Source: Neovahlkampfia damariscottae
Taxonomy: Eukaryota
DNA: 64,000 nucleotides
Reading direction: 5' to 3'
Assembly: GCA_016618085.1 (NCBI GenBank)
Contig: JABLTG010000043.1
Coordinates: 1-64,000, forward strand
Shown piece after piece: positions 9,114-22,132 of the stretch (the first letter of the stretch is position 1; every line of letters starts with the position of its first letter). The position numbers were made by a program, and so were the translations under genes. The notes under the pieces are model-generated. The model did not search any database. It was not told where the DNA came from and saw nothing but the letters and a program-made list of their open reading frames with translations.

Positions 9114-11294
9114 CTATTGAAGAATTTCCAATTTATTCTTGATCATATTCTCTTTAGAGGATAAATTCCGAACAATAGTCCAAGTTTTTTTAGGATCCAT
9201 TTTTATTTTAATGTTCATTTCTTCATCAATTTCACATTGAGAAAGACCAACAAAATATTCACTCTCTGTAACACAAAGACACCAATATTTTATCGACAAC
9301 AGCTCTTTTTCATCATGGGAATTGAATATAGATTCATAAATTGGAGAATGGTAATTATATTTAATTTTCTTTGATGCATTCAAAATAGATATTTGTTCAT
9401 TTCCAAATCCACATCTGAAGAAGAAATAATCAATGGAAAAAATTTTTAAAGATTTCCATTTTGAATAGTTACTTTGATAAAAGATACAGTGATTTCTATA
9501 TTTCTTTTGAAAAATGCAGTTTTCAAAGAATTTTTTCATGAGTTCGATTCTTTCTTTGACTTTTAGATCTTTCCAGTTGATCAATGAAAGAAATTGTGTA
9601 ATGTCAAGTGAAACTTCTTTGTTAGTCATGAATGGTAGATATGATATTTTCTTCAGAGTTTTTTTTTCATATTGCTCCAATGTGAGCAAGTTCAAATTTC
9701 CGAAAATTTTCAACTTTTTAATTTTCAGGTTTTCATCAATTTTCAAGTTTAAAATTTCATCAATTACTGTTTCCAACGTTGAAACACAGTAGCCTGTTTA
9801 ATATTTTTAGTTTTTTATTTTTTTGTTGCCTTCAATTCCTTTAGAATTAATTTCATTCAAATTGTCTTTCAGGTAATTAAAAATTGAAATCAAATTCAAT
9901 GGTAATGATTTTATAACACAAAATATCAATATTGGTATCATTTCATCGGTTGAAAGTAAAATTTCTTCTTTTAAGGTATTGGAAACAACGCTTGAAATTT
10001 CTGCAATAGATGATGATATCAGATCTATTTTTTCATCAAAACTAGTAGGAAAGTCAAGTTCTTTCAATTTCACAATTAAAACTGAAAAATCAGCTGATAA
10101 AAATTGGTCATTGACATTAAAATCTTCCAATGAAATCTCATGCAATAAATTAACTTTTTCACACATCTCATAAAACTTCAAATCTTCTTTTGCAAACAAT
10201 TTTTGACAATTCAGGAATGTCTTGTAATAAAATCCTTTCGATAATATAAATTCTTTCATTTCCATTTTTAAAGAAAAAATAAAAATTTCAGAATCAATGT
10301 GCCAATGCTTTTCCAATAAAATGGAAGTAAAAATGTCAATAAATTCATCAATGATTTCATTGATATCCGGAAAATCATTCTGATTTCCGTCTAAATATAA
10401 AAAACAATTCAACAAAAAAAAATGTTTGAGGTGATGAAATTCGAGCATTCGCGAGATAAATCTTGAAATCAAAATTCCAATCGAGTGATGAAATGAAATT
10501 AGTGATTTCAGATATAGTTTGATTAATTTCTCTTCTTGAGAATCTTTTAATTTTTGAATCATTTGTGAGTCATTTTCTTCTTCAAAATAATCAAAATTTA
10601 CTTCGACAAAGTTATGCCATCTATTATCTTCTTTATCAAAATAATTGTGATTTAATAATTCAGAATAGTTTGAAATGGCTCTTTTTCTCTCTGTATATTG
10701 ACTTTTTACTTTTTCTTTTCTCGATGAATCCAATTTATCACCTTCTTCATCAAAAGAATCCAATGGTGTCAATGAGCTATAGCCATTTGTAAGTCGATTA
10801 ACAATCGTTTCATCATTTAGTTTCAAAGACATATCATGAATTATATACTCTTCTGCTTCTTTTAGGTGTTGTATTGATTGCTTAATTTTTTCCAAAATTT
10901 CCTTGGTTTCATATTTCATGACATTCTTCTCCAAATGTGGTTTTAAATCCTTTATTGCATCCAAAGATTTCATATTAAAGTTTTTTCTATGACATTGTAA
11001 ATTTTCTCTAGACAACATGTTAATAGTGTGTATAGTCAATCCATTTTCTTGATTTTGCAATTGAAGCAATAAATTCATATTCAGGTAACCCAAATCACCA
11101 ACCAAAAAGTTATGATGGACTAAAAGAACAGCTTGAAGAGGATCAATCGAACATTTAGAAACCCATTTTACAACGTTTTTTTTAAAAGGATCTTCTTCGG
11201 CCAAATAGAATAATTTGTCTTTCAACTTGACTATTTTTTGTTCATTTTTCAACTGAATTTTGACTTTTGTGTCTAAATTGTCATAATTTGACAT
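9114..11294 (-). CDS. VPS9 domain (Rab5 GEF-like) protein with N- and C-terminal extensions
   Basis: LSTDEMIPILIFCVIKS. A GC-AG intron at 9794-9829 joins GIEG-YCVSTLETVIDEIL, matching the paralog's GSEGYCMATLETAINEIL. Confidence 0.75.
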
Positions 11295-11370
11295 TACACA
11301 CTCTTTTGTTGGAAACTCAACAAAAATACACCAATGAAAAATGTTTAGAGTTTCCAATGAACAGATTTTA

Positions 11371-12385
11371 TTAAAATGGAGAACAAATATTTTGTTTTTC
11401 TTTTTTATTGCTTTTTACACCTTTTACAATATTGTATGCAAAATCTGAAGCAAGATCTCTGACCACTGAGCCTCCAACCTCATTTCTTTCATTATCAGTG
11501 TCATGCAACGATAATTTACATTGATAAGCTTTGATATCAGACCCCTCTGTTCTTTTATTGATGACCCATTCTTTGATTTTGACTGTATCTACATATCTAT
11601 CGATAGTATCACCAGCTGCAATTAAAAGAGTTGGAACTGAAGATGAGAAGCGTTGATTTCTTGATAATAATGCATTAGTAACAATGAATCCAGCGAAAAT
11701 TGGGACATCAAATGGGCCTCGTGGTTTGATTGGACCTCTGTCTAAATAATTAATCAAGGAAAATTAAAAAAGTTACAAGGTGGGTTTGGATTTGATGTTA
11801 ATGTTCTAACAGTTATTCTTCCATTTTCTCCAACAATTGTTCGAACAGCAACTCCAGGAGTGAATAAAATACTGCCTTTGATTTTTCTTTTTAATGTTGA
11901 AAGTTCTTGAATTATTCTGGTGACAATGAGACCTCCAGTTGACTAGTAAAAGAATATAAATTTGAATTAGAATATTACCCAGCCAGCCAACAACAAAGGA
12001 CGGTTTGGATCTTCCATTGTTTCTTTTTCAACTTCTGAAGCTAATCCAGCGAGTCTTGTGAAAGGATAAAGATTTATATGAGCTCCTGTAGTTTCTCCAT
12101 GTGATGGTAGATCAAATCCAAAAATTCTGAATCCTTTTTTTGCCCATTCTGTCCACAACTTGAATGTAAAAAAAAAAAATTATTTACAGGTACATGGTTG
12201 TCAACTCTATCTCCAAGTCCATGAAAATAAAAAATGTCACCAATTTTTTCAGCTGATGGGTTTAAAGTGAAAATTCTGACAGTTGAACCTTCATACTTTA
12301 TTTTTTTTGTGTTGAATGTTGAATTGAAACTCAGTACGGTTGATAATATACAGAGTAAAACCAATGCGGTACAAACAAACTTCAT
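11371..12385 (-). CDS. Secreted alpha/beta hydrolase (Hydrolase_4, monoglyceride lipase/lysophospholipase-like), about 4 exons
   Basis: Signal peptide, YFHGLGD, FDLPSHGET, GW|STGG nucleophile motif across an intron, late Asp and His (SLHD). Confidence 0.85.
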
Positions 12386-12494
12386 CTGTAACGATAAATC
12401 AACCAAGTGGCAGATGATTGGTGATTCGTGATTATCCAATTGAATTTAGAATCATTTCGCATCAAAGAAAAATATTTATTGTCTCATTAATTTC

Positions 12495-13304
12495 TTAAGC
12501 AAGTTTGATAATGAGATCTGTATTTGCAACATTTCCATGGATTTCCAATCTGTGAAATGATTTCATTGCATCAATTTCTTTTGGTAATTTTTCAAAAATT
12601 TTTTCAGGTGAAAACACTGGCATTTTTGGTGTTGATTCACCTCCATTGACAGTATTAACGGAATAAATATTATGATCCCAACCAGCAAAATCTGTAATTT
12701 CTTCTTCTTTTTCATCATATTTTCCGAGTTCTCCTTGAAAAAATGCAAGTTTTTTACAACTCATTTTTTTTTGATTTTTGTCACCATGTTCATGTCTTGT
12801 TGGAACATATAATTGATTTTTTCCGATAATTGAATGTTCAAAAGCTATAGCATGCTCATCTTTGACAGTTGAGTCAAATAAACAAATTGCAAAAGCAAAT
12901 CCTTTTGAATAATGTTTTGAAAGTAATTCATGAATATCTTTTGGTAATGTGAAAACACTTGGATTAATTTTCAATATTTCACCAATATTGTTAGCAACTG
13001 AAACTTTGTAACCTCCAACTTGTTGAACTTCAAGAAAGTTGCTTGATCTGGAGCCACTACTTCTCATTGTTGAATCATTGAAAGAATTTTTACAATTCTT
13101 AAATAAATCTTTGTATTTGGATAAATCAATTAAATCAAGTTTTTCACCTTCAACTAAAGGAAATGGTAAAATCATAGCATTATTGTTTTTTTCTTTGGCT
13201 GTGACAAAATTTTGATAAGCTGTGAATTGTCTTGTTCCATTTTGAGCAGCTGCCACTAGAATGCTTGTACCTGATACTGCTACTTCACCAGAAAAAATGC
13301 ACAT
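12495..13304 (-). CDS. Conserved hypothetical protein (DUF2330-like)
   Basis: Intron-less; MCIFS start, NAMILPFP, YVPTRHEH, WDHNIYS motifs. Confidence 0.5.
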   Translation of the reverse strand: MCIFSGEVAVSGTSILVAAAQNGTRQFTAYQNFVTAKEKNNNAMILPFPLVEGEKLDLIDLSKYKDLFKNCKNSFNDSTMRSSGSRSSNFLEVQQVGGYKVSVANNIGEILKINPSVFTLPKDIHELLSKHYSKGFAFAICLFDSTVKDEHAIAFEHSIIGKNQLYVPTRHEHGDKNQKKMSCKKLAFFQGELGKYDEKEEEITDFAGWDHNIYSVNTVNGGESTPKMPVFSPEKIFEKLPKEIDAMKSFHRLEIHGNVANTDLIIKLA

Positions 13305-13449
13305 TTTTGATTGGAGAAACAGAAACAAAATGATTGGCTTTTAAAACAATATTTTGGATTTTCTTTTATTTATTTTTAGATTCCAAATTTGGACCGAAAG
13401 TCTAGTACTTTGGAGTAAAAAATTCAAAAAAACAGAATTTATTCTACAC

Positions 13450-15311
13450 TCAAAAATAACCATCAAAACTTTGATTTGACAACCCAACACCAAAGAAATC
13501 ATCAGAATTTTGGCTTGATGGTGTAGGAGGTGTTCTGTTTGGTGGTTTGCTTGAATCAAAGTTCAAATTTATGGTTTTTGGATTCTTTTGTAATTCTTTG
13601 ATTTCGAAGTTTAAAATTTCATTTATAGCTGTTTCAAGTGTCGCCATACAATAACCTTCTGATCCTTTGATTGTATCATCATCCATAAAATCAATCAAAA
13701 ACATTAAAATGGAATACATTGAAGAGATTTTTGATTGTATTAACGAATAAATAAAAATTGGAAGCATATCTTCTGCACCTAATATCAAATCTTCTTTTTT
13801 ATAAAGTTTTGAACCTTTATAGTAATCAACAACGCTCAATGAAATTTCTGAAATTGATTTTGAAATAATATCAATTTTGTCATCACAACTTGATGGATAA
13901 TTCATTTTTTTTAAAAGATCAATAACTTTAGAGTATGGATGTAATTGATTTTTCAAAAGAAATTTTGAGCTCACTTCTAATTCAATCAATGAAATATCTT
14001 TCAATTTTTCACATTTTTGAATGAACCTTAAATCATGACTTGAGTATTTTTTTTGATAATGTGAGATGATTTTATGATAAAGTCCATTCAAAAAAATAGT
14101 TTTTTCAATTGAACTTGCTAATGAATCAGCCAATAATTCAGAATCGAATTTCCAATATTTGACAAATAAAATTTCAATAATTTTTTCAATAAAACCATTA
14201 ACATCCACTAAAATATCTTTATGAGCAATATTTGTATGTGGATTATCTAATTTATGAATTTGAATAAGATATGAATTGAAATTTGAAATTAAATGACCCA
14301 AAGGATGTTTTGAAGAAGTCAACATTGAAAGATGTCCATTTATCACTTCTTCTGGATGTTGACTATTTTGTAAGGCTTCAATCCATGTTAAATCTTCATC
14401 TAAATTTGTGAATTCATCATAAAAAAATTTTTTTTCAATGAACAAAGACCATTTATCTTCAGTTCTCCAACGAAATGTTTTTGCTTTTTTTCTACGTTCT
14501 TCATGTTCTTCATTTTTTCTGATTTTTTCTTGTTCTTCAAGGAATTTTTTGTATGATGATTCTACTTGTTTTTGAATTGCTAAATTTTCTAAATATCGTT
14601 TTTGAAGTTGAAAAGTTGATTTTGTATCTGAACTTGAAATCATGTGACTTAATTTTTGATTTTCCAATGCATAAATATCATTTGTCTTATAATTTGGTTT
14701 ATTTGTATCAATTGACATTTGATATTGTCTATTTTTTGAAGGATTTGTTGGATTGGAACTGTTAACAGGTGGTGGAAATGATTTTGTCATATTTGGATTT
14801 GGTATTGATTTTGAAGTTGTTCTTGGTGGTACATTCGGTGTTATTGGATTTGTAGTTGAAATAACAGATGGTGATTTTGGTTTTGGTATTTGATATTTTC
14901 TTGGAAAACCTCCTGTTTCACCTGAATTATTTGAATCAGTTTTAACTTGTTGTTGTGATGATGATGATGGTTTTTTGGAAATCATTTCTTGTAGTTTTTT
15001 ATCATCATTATGTCCACAAATAGGTGAATTTGTTGTATTTGAGTTGAATGAATTCCTGTGGTTTTTATAAAGATGTTCTGCACGATTAAGTGATTCGTTG
15101 GCACATTTAAAAAGTTTTAGAACTTCTGCTTCTGGAGCATTTAGAGCTTTCAGATGAAGATGTTTTGATGCGTTTTCTACAAATTCTAAATATTCTGTGA
15201 AGGCCAACTGACAAAAATTGTTTTAATTTTTTTTTATTTTACTTGATAATTCCTTTTATCGTCATTATTTAAAGCAGAAGTTAATTTTGCGTAACCTTTT
15301 TGTTTATTCAT
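13450..15311 (-). CDS. MIT-like + VPS9 domain protein (VPS9D1-like)
   Basis: First exon MNKQKGYAKL..., intron 15208-15242, AFTEYL...LNRAE helical hairpin, Pro-rich linker, GAEDMLPIFIYSLIQS and GSEGYCMATLETA. Confidence 0.8.
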
Positions 15312-15497
15312 CGTCTTAAAAAATTAAAATAATTTTCTCTTCTTTTCAACCAACAAAAATGCTTTGCAATTTCTACCAATAAGAAATGTGAAACAAAATT
15401 AGATGTTACAAACGTTTTTGGAATAAATTAGAGAAAGATGTCAAACATAGAAAATTTAAATTTATTTGCTATACGGTGAACTTTTTATTAGTATAAT

Positions 15498-15731
15498 TTA
15501 TTTGTTTGGAGCAACAAAGATTAAATATCCCCAGATAACACCCCAAATCCATCCTACACCGACGTAGACAAGAACAAGTTGAGCAACACCAATAACAAAT
15601 TGTAAAACGTTGAATCCGTTAGGGTCTAAGATAGCAGCTAAACATGTACCACCTCCAGCAGTGAAGATGTTTAAGATAAAGCAGATAAGTGGCATTGAAC
15701 CTTCAAGTTTTGGTACGTCTAATAAACCCAT
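15498..15731 (-). CDS. SPEC3/Stum-family small membrane protein
   Basis: ICFILNIFTAGGGT...QL...VGWIWGVIWG. Confidence 0.8.
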   Translation of the reverse strand: MGLLDVPKLEGSMPLICFILNIFTAGGGTCLAAILDPNGFNVLQFVIGVAQLVLVYVGVGWIWGVIWGYLIFVAPNK

Positions 15732-16217
15732 GTTGTTTGTGTTTTTTTGTTGGTGAAGTGAGAAATTATTGTGATTGGTCTACTACAATTTATTCTTTTT
15801 CGTTAACCAATCACCTGCTAGTGGAAAGTTTTTTTCTAACGACTTTTTTTTCAACGTTTAAATTTTTTCATATTTTTTATTTTTTTCAGAAATTTAAGAT
15901 TACTCTGAACAGGTCACACATTATTTCTACATTTGACTTCCAATTTCAAAAGAAGACAATGTCAAGAAGAATAAACTATCAAAAAGAGAATTCAGTTGAA
16001 AAATGAGTTGATCATCACCACGTTATGAAAGATATGAAGATAAAATGAACGGTATCTAATTGATGAGAACAGATTTGGTAAACACATGCTTTGTTTTGTA
16101 ATCCAAAGATTATTTCACTTGATTTTATTTCAAAATATCACTTCAAACAAACTAAAGATGAAAAAAAAAAAAAAATTTATAAATACAAACCATCAAACAA
16201 GTACAATCTTTTTTTTT

Positions 16218-16997
16218 TCAAAATTTAATATACCTAACATTCTGCATTGGTAATAAATCAAAAATACTACTTAACAAATTTTTCATAAATTTTTCGTTCA
16301 TGTGTAATTTTGGTTTTACTTTTTCATCAAAATCTAAAATTTTTTCAAATTTCATTTGGAAATAAACCAACTCTAATTCATCATCTTCATGTTCAAAAAT
16401 CAAAATTAACTTCCATGAAAATTTGAAAAACACTTCATAATCATCTTCAAATAAAACTTTAACTTTTTCAGTGCGTAAATGAGTGATTTCAACTTTTGAT
16501 TCTTTGGAAACATCAATATCTATTTTCCATGATACATCTGTAAAATTAATATTATGATCTTTAAGTATTCCTTTTAAAAAAATCCAAGGGTATGAAATTA
16601 AAGATTGTGTAAAGGAGTTTAATAATACATGACAATTATAATCATCTGATAGATATTTCTGAAGAAAGTTCATTACTGAGTCTGTACTTTCTAAAATTAC
16701 ATTTTGAAAATCTTGTTGAAACAGTTCCGAATTAGGTGGTTCTTTTGTTGAAAATTTTTTCAAAAGGAAATATAAGAGTTGTGGGATTTCTGAGGTAATT
16801 CCATCATATTTCGGTATTGTATTGAAGTTGATGTTCTTGATAATTCGAGGTAAGTCTTTGGCTATCACAGGAACCAGTTGAGATTCTTTTAGAGTGTCTG
16901 TATAAACACGTACCATTTCTCTGTATTTATCTTCTGTCTCATCTTCCTCTATAGAAGATTCTGTTGCTGACCTAAAAAATTTTAAGTTCTTGAGCAT
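16218..16997 (-). CDS. Hypothetical protein (~260 aa)
   Basis: Long ORF, ATG at 16997; beta-rich C-terminal region WKIDI...ITHLRTE...FKFSWKL. Confidence 0.55.
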   Translation of the reverse strand: MLKNLKFFRSATESSIEEDETEDKYREMVRVYTDTLKESQLVPVIAKDLPRIIKNINFNTIPKYDGITSEIPQLLYFLLKKFSTKEPPNSELFQQDFQNVILESTDSVMNFLQKYLSDDYNCHVLLNSFTQSLISYPWIFLKGILKDHNINFTDVSWKIDIDVSKESKVEITHLRTEKVKVLFEDDYEVFFKFSWKLILIFEHEDDELELVYFQMKFEKILDFDEKVKPKLHMNEKFMKNLLSSIFDLLPMQNVRYIKF

Positions 16998-17070
16998 GTA
17001 ACCGACTGGTCTACTTGTGATTTGTTTATTGGTCAAAAAAATGATTGACTTGTGTTTAAAAGAAAATTTT

Positions 17071-19154
17071 TTATTGTCCAATTTCAGTATAATTAACAGG
17101 AAACAAACCGACTTTACTTTTTAGTTCACCAACCCACCATCCATCCTCTAATAAAGAAAATGTTAAATATAATTTTTTTCAATACCATTCTTCTTCAAAA
17201 TTTTAATCATTTCACCTTCTTTGAATGATAGTTCACCATCTTCTAAAGCAGTGTAAGCGTATAAAGCTTTTGTTTTTGTTTCTTCGGATAAGAAATTAGC
17301 TGGGAATAATCCTTCTTTTGAATCCAAACCAACTAACCACCAATCATCCTCTATGAGTTAAAAATTAGTTTCTTTGTATTATTTTAACATACCGTTCTTT
17401 TTATAAACTTTGATGATGTCACCTTCTTTTAAGGAAATTTCAGTTTTATCTTGAGCATCATAATCATAAAGTACAATGGCATCACCAAGTGATTTTTTAG
17501 TAACTTTTGGTTCAGGTGATTTTATATTCTGCATTTTTTTTTCTGTTTCTTTTTGTATTCTATGTTTTTTTTTTAGTGTTGAATTTTTTTTTTACTTTTT
17601 CGTTTCTTCGTACAACAGAGGATCTGTAATCATTGACATTCTGTGCATCATTTTTGATCTAGAATCCATTTTTCTCAATGGTTTTTCTTCTTCCACTTCT
17701 TGTACTTCTTCAACTTGTTGTGGTGTTTCTTGCACTTCTTCAACTTTTTCTTCAACAACAGAAACTCTTTGGAATTGTTTTGATTGTTTTAACATCATCT
17801 TTGGATCAAATATCATACCTCCAATCTTTTGTTGATTCATTTGGAATGTACTTAACTTCCTTTCAACTTTTGATTCTTCTTCATTTTTTTGAGGTGGTGA
17901 TGATTCTGTTGTTGGAGTAGTGTCAACTTTTTTTTCAACTTTTTGGAATTTTGATTGTACTTGAGTAACTGAAGTTGTTGTTTCAACTTTTGTTGGTTTT
18001 AAATCATTTGAAGGTCTCGGTGGAGCATTTCCTTTTGATGTGATTGGTTTTGAATCGTTAGAAGGTCTTGGAGGAGCAACACCTTTTGATTTAATATCTT
18101 TTTTAACTTCTACTTCTGTTGAATTTAATAACTTCATTTTTCCATCATTTGAAGGTCTTGGAGGAGCTCCACCAGATTTTTTTCTTTCTACTTGAGAATT
18201 TGTATCTAAAGGAGGTGGTTTTGAAGAAGGAGGTTTAGCATTTGACTTCCTTTCATCATTTTCATTTTTTAGTGGTGGTTCTGAAGTTGGAGGTTTTGCT
18301 TTTGATTTTCTTTCTACTGGGACTATTTCTTGTTTTTTTTCAGTTTTTTTTTTGTCACCACCACTAGGTTTCTTTTTCATTAACTTTTGAAATCTTTCTT
18401 TTTTCTTTTCTGTTGCTGAAATTGTTTCTTCTCCAAATGAATGAAAGTTTAAAATTAGTTGACAAACGGAAGATAAAAAACCAGTTTCTTTTTCATTGAC
18501 AATTGAATCCAAAGCATCACAAGCTTGTTCATAATGTTGGTCTCTGACTGCTTTTAATTCTTCAAGTTTTTCTAAAGCGAATCCTCTTCTTGGGTCATTT
18601 TCAGGTAATGTTTCAATATAATTTTCTTGAGCATCAATTTCATCTTGTTTTGCCAAGAAATTCTTTTGTACTTGTGATATACCTTTAAAACTTTCTTCAA
18701 TCTTTAAATTTGGTTTCACAATTTTGTCAATTTGATTCACCAACATAGCGTGTTGAATTTGTGCCAAAGTTTTCATCATTTCACCCATTTTAATCATAGT
18801 TTCACCAACTTCAGACTATAAAAAAAAAACTATTAAATCATCTTTTCTGGTTTACATGATCATCTGTTCCTAAATTGATTAAAACATCACCAAGTTTTTT
18901 TTGAGCTTTTTGAGCTTTTTCTGCTTTTTGACAATATAAAACTAAGGTCTCATTGAATTTTGGTACACTTAAAAATTAGTTTTTCATTTTCAAAAAAACC
19001 TTGTTTGAAGTTTGATGAACACCTGTCAAAAGGGTTAAGACATTTTGTTTTTTTTTACTTCTTTTTTCTTCATATATTCTTCAGGTAATTCTGAAGATTT
19101 GGCTTGTCCAAGTTTTTTATAAAACTTGTGTTTTATTAAGTTGGCGTAAAGCAT
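17071..19154 (-). CDS. BAR domain + Pro-rich + two SH3 domains (endophilin-like), multi-exon
   Basis: MLYANLIKHKFYKKLGQAKSSELPEEY BAR start, helical region, APPRPSND repeats, VLYDYDAQDKTEISLKEGD...WW...GLFPANF and ALYAYTALEDGELSFKEGE...GWWVG...GLFPVNY. Confidence 0.85.
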
Positions 19155-19301
19155 GGGGCAAACTGTTGTTGAACCAATCAAATTCATGATACTTTTATAT
19201 GAATTTGAATTTCCATTTTTTGCAATTTTCAAACAAATAAATCGTTATTTGTTCGTTATTTTAACTGATTGGATATTATTTTGATTGGTTTAAAATTGAC
19301 C

Positions 19302-21040
19302 ATGCAAAACAACCGATTTCTGTTGTTGTTTTTTTTGGTTTTTCTTGTAAATTTTACAGTTCAACAAGAATACTATCCAAACTGGATGGAAGAGGACTAC
19401 GAAAAAATCAAACATCAAACACTTTTAGGTGAGAAAATAAAATAGAATTAAACAACAAAGATTTGACGTTACCTGGAACACATCAATCTGCTTCATACTA
19501 TTTAACAGATGAAGTTTCACCACAACTCCCAGAAATTATCAGAAAATTAGCCACTGAATATGGAATTAGTCTTTCAATGTTTTATAAAAAGTGGTCCATA
19601 AATCAACTTCGAAATGTCACGCAACAATTTTATTCAGGAATCAGAAAATTTGATATTAGGGTTTGTTCTGATGAAAAAGGAAATTTAAAAAATTGTCATG
19701 GATTGTTTGGTTTACCAACTATAGATTTTATATTGCAAATAAAAGACTTTATGAATAAACACAAAAAGGAAATAGCTTTAATTCAAATTTCGGCAGTTGG
19801 AGGTCCTGTAAACCATGAAAAATTACTTTCCATGATTAATGAACACCTTGGAAATATTTTAGCTGACAGCTCAAAAGGATATCAAACTATTGAAACAATG
19901 ATAAAAAAAAATGAAAGGTTAATCATTGTTTACAATGATAATAGATACACTGGAGGGAAAATTTGGAATCAAAAATTTGTTGACTCACATTGGGCCAATA
20001 CAGATAACGTTGATAAATTGATGGAATTTAACTTAGAAAAGGTACATCAATTTAGTGGATCACCACAAAAGTTTTACATTGGACAATGGCTAACAACACC
20101 TCAAGTTGAAAACTTTATCAAGTCTATTTTATTTCATTTGAATTTACCAGGTCAATCAACAGCTTTAGATGGAATTCCGAGATTGATGTTTCCAGTGAAT
20201 GAAAGGCTGAATGAATTCGTTTTAAAGACTTTGAAATATAGATTGAATGTATTATATGTTGATGTTTCACATGGTGTTGATGTCGTTGCTTTATCAAGAT
20301 TATTAAACGATAATTGCAATGATGAAAAAAAGTATAGAGGACCAAAAAAAAATGGATGCAGAGATTTGGCTTCCAAAGGGAGATGTAAAAAACCAGATAA
20401 TTTTATGAAGAAGAATTGTAAAAGAACTTGTTTATTATGCCCAAAAATTAAAGGATTTTCTGGTGACTCTTGCTCCAACAACTCAGAATGTATTTCAAAA
20501 AAATGTAAAATTTCCAAAGGATTTTGTTTATCAAACAAACCAAAAAATATTGGAGAAGAATGTGGTACACATTATCAATGTTCCACTGGATATTGCAATC
20601 CAATGACTTTAAAATGTCAAGGAAATTTCATTGGTCAACAATGTGACAGTTATCATGATTGCACCAGTAAATCATGCCAATCTGGATATTGTGTAGGTAT
20701 AAAACTGTATAAATGGGTTGGTTTAGATGTTCTTTGTAATGGATTTCCAGAAAGATGCTTGCTCAATGGATTGTCTTATCATCACTCTTCTTATAGTGAA
20801 TCTTTATGTGGGACTTCAGAATTCTGTGCCACGGGAAAAAAAGTGTTGTGCTCTAACTTTATTCAAACAGAACTGAAAAACACTTTTTGGCTTCCAAAAG
20901 ATCCTCAAGATACAGAATGCGATGTTACAGAATCAGATTGTGAAAAAAATAATTCCACATTTGTATTGAAAAGTAGTTGTGGATCAGGTGCTTCAATATG
21001 CAAAAGAGGAAAATTCAGAGTTCTTTGTGCAAAGAATTAA
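19302..21040 (+). CDS. Secreted PI-PLC X-domain protein with ShKT-like and Cys-rich C-terminus
   Basis: Signal peptide, NWM, intron 19429-19460, LPGTHQS, QFYSGIRKFDIRV, HGL; CRDLASKGRC...MKKNCKRTCLLC; Cys-rich repeats. Confidence 0.85.
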
Positions 21041-21060
21041 ACTATTTCATTTTTATTTCA

Positions 21061-22033
21061 TCAATCAGTTTCATCCAAAAATCTATTTGCAAGATCGTTC
21101 TTCCAATCATCACAAATTTCTTTGGAATGTCCACTGGAATTACAATATTCACAAATATCTTCCATTGGGGTGAGTGTTCTAAATGCATATATTTCTCTTT
21201 CTGGAATCAAATATTTCAAGTTCTTTTGGTTCAAATGTATATAGATTGTATTTTCTGCTTTGTTGAAATAAGAATCATCTGGATTATCATGGGAAGAGAA
21301 ATCAATGATCATTTTGACGTATCCTTTGATTCCACAGAGCTTAAAATGATTGTTATTTTGTGCATCAAAATTTTTTTCTGAATCCCGAATATCAAATGTG
21401 AAAAGAACATCATCTGTTAATAAAATTCCATCTGGTAGTTGTTGTTTCAGAGGATAAACAAGTACTTGACCTTTCAAAAAAGACAAATCAAGATCCTCTG
21501 TTTCTGAAAAAACTTCATTTTTGCAATTGAATTTTGATGAAATAAACCAGTAAGGCATTGAATTCAATTGGAAACATGAATCTTTTAGAGGCTTTAAAAT
21601 GAAAGGAATTTGATCTAATTTTGAATTTTGAAACTTTTTTTTCAATAAATGACGTAGAATCCAATGAATGAAATACTTGCGATCCATAGTGTATGTTTTG
21701 CTTCGAAATTTTGCTTCATTTAGTTCATTCAATTGATCTAAAAACTGTTTCAAGTTCAAAGGAAGCTTTTTTTTCTTTCTTCTTGAGAAGGATTTCCAAT
21801 CCTTTAATGTATGAATTTCATTTTTTTTCAACAAAGAATTGAAACTCTTTGAACGATTGTCATCAAAATTAGATTGAATAAGTTGATTTAAATTGATAGA
21901 AGTATCATATTTTCCAAGAATGAGATCTATTCCAAAATTAGAATTGAATGAATGAATGAACCTTCTATTTCTTTTTCAACACCTCCATTGTAGTTTCTGT
22001 TCAAAGAATTTGGAATAACTAATTTTTTCCCAT
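21061..22033 (-). CDS. Hypothetical protein with C-terminal CCHC zinc knuckle
   Basis: CEYCNSSGHSKEIC; probable first exon from 22033 with an intron at about 21927-21961. Confidence 0.55.
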
Positions 22034-22132
22034 GAAAATTTTGATTTCCCTCTCCCAATTTTTTACATAACAATCTTTTCATCTTTCTCTCAGATCAAAA
22101 GTAATTTGATTGGATAATTAAAATTGAAAAAT

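Noticed and set aside
17476..17920. Short antisense or overlapping ORFs in the track (here and throughout), and TTG/GTG starts
   Set aside because: They are shadows of real genes on the other strand or exon fragments; bacterial-style starts do not apply.
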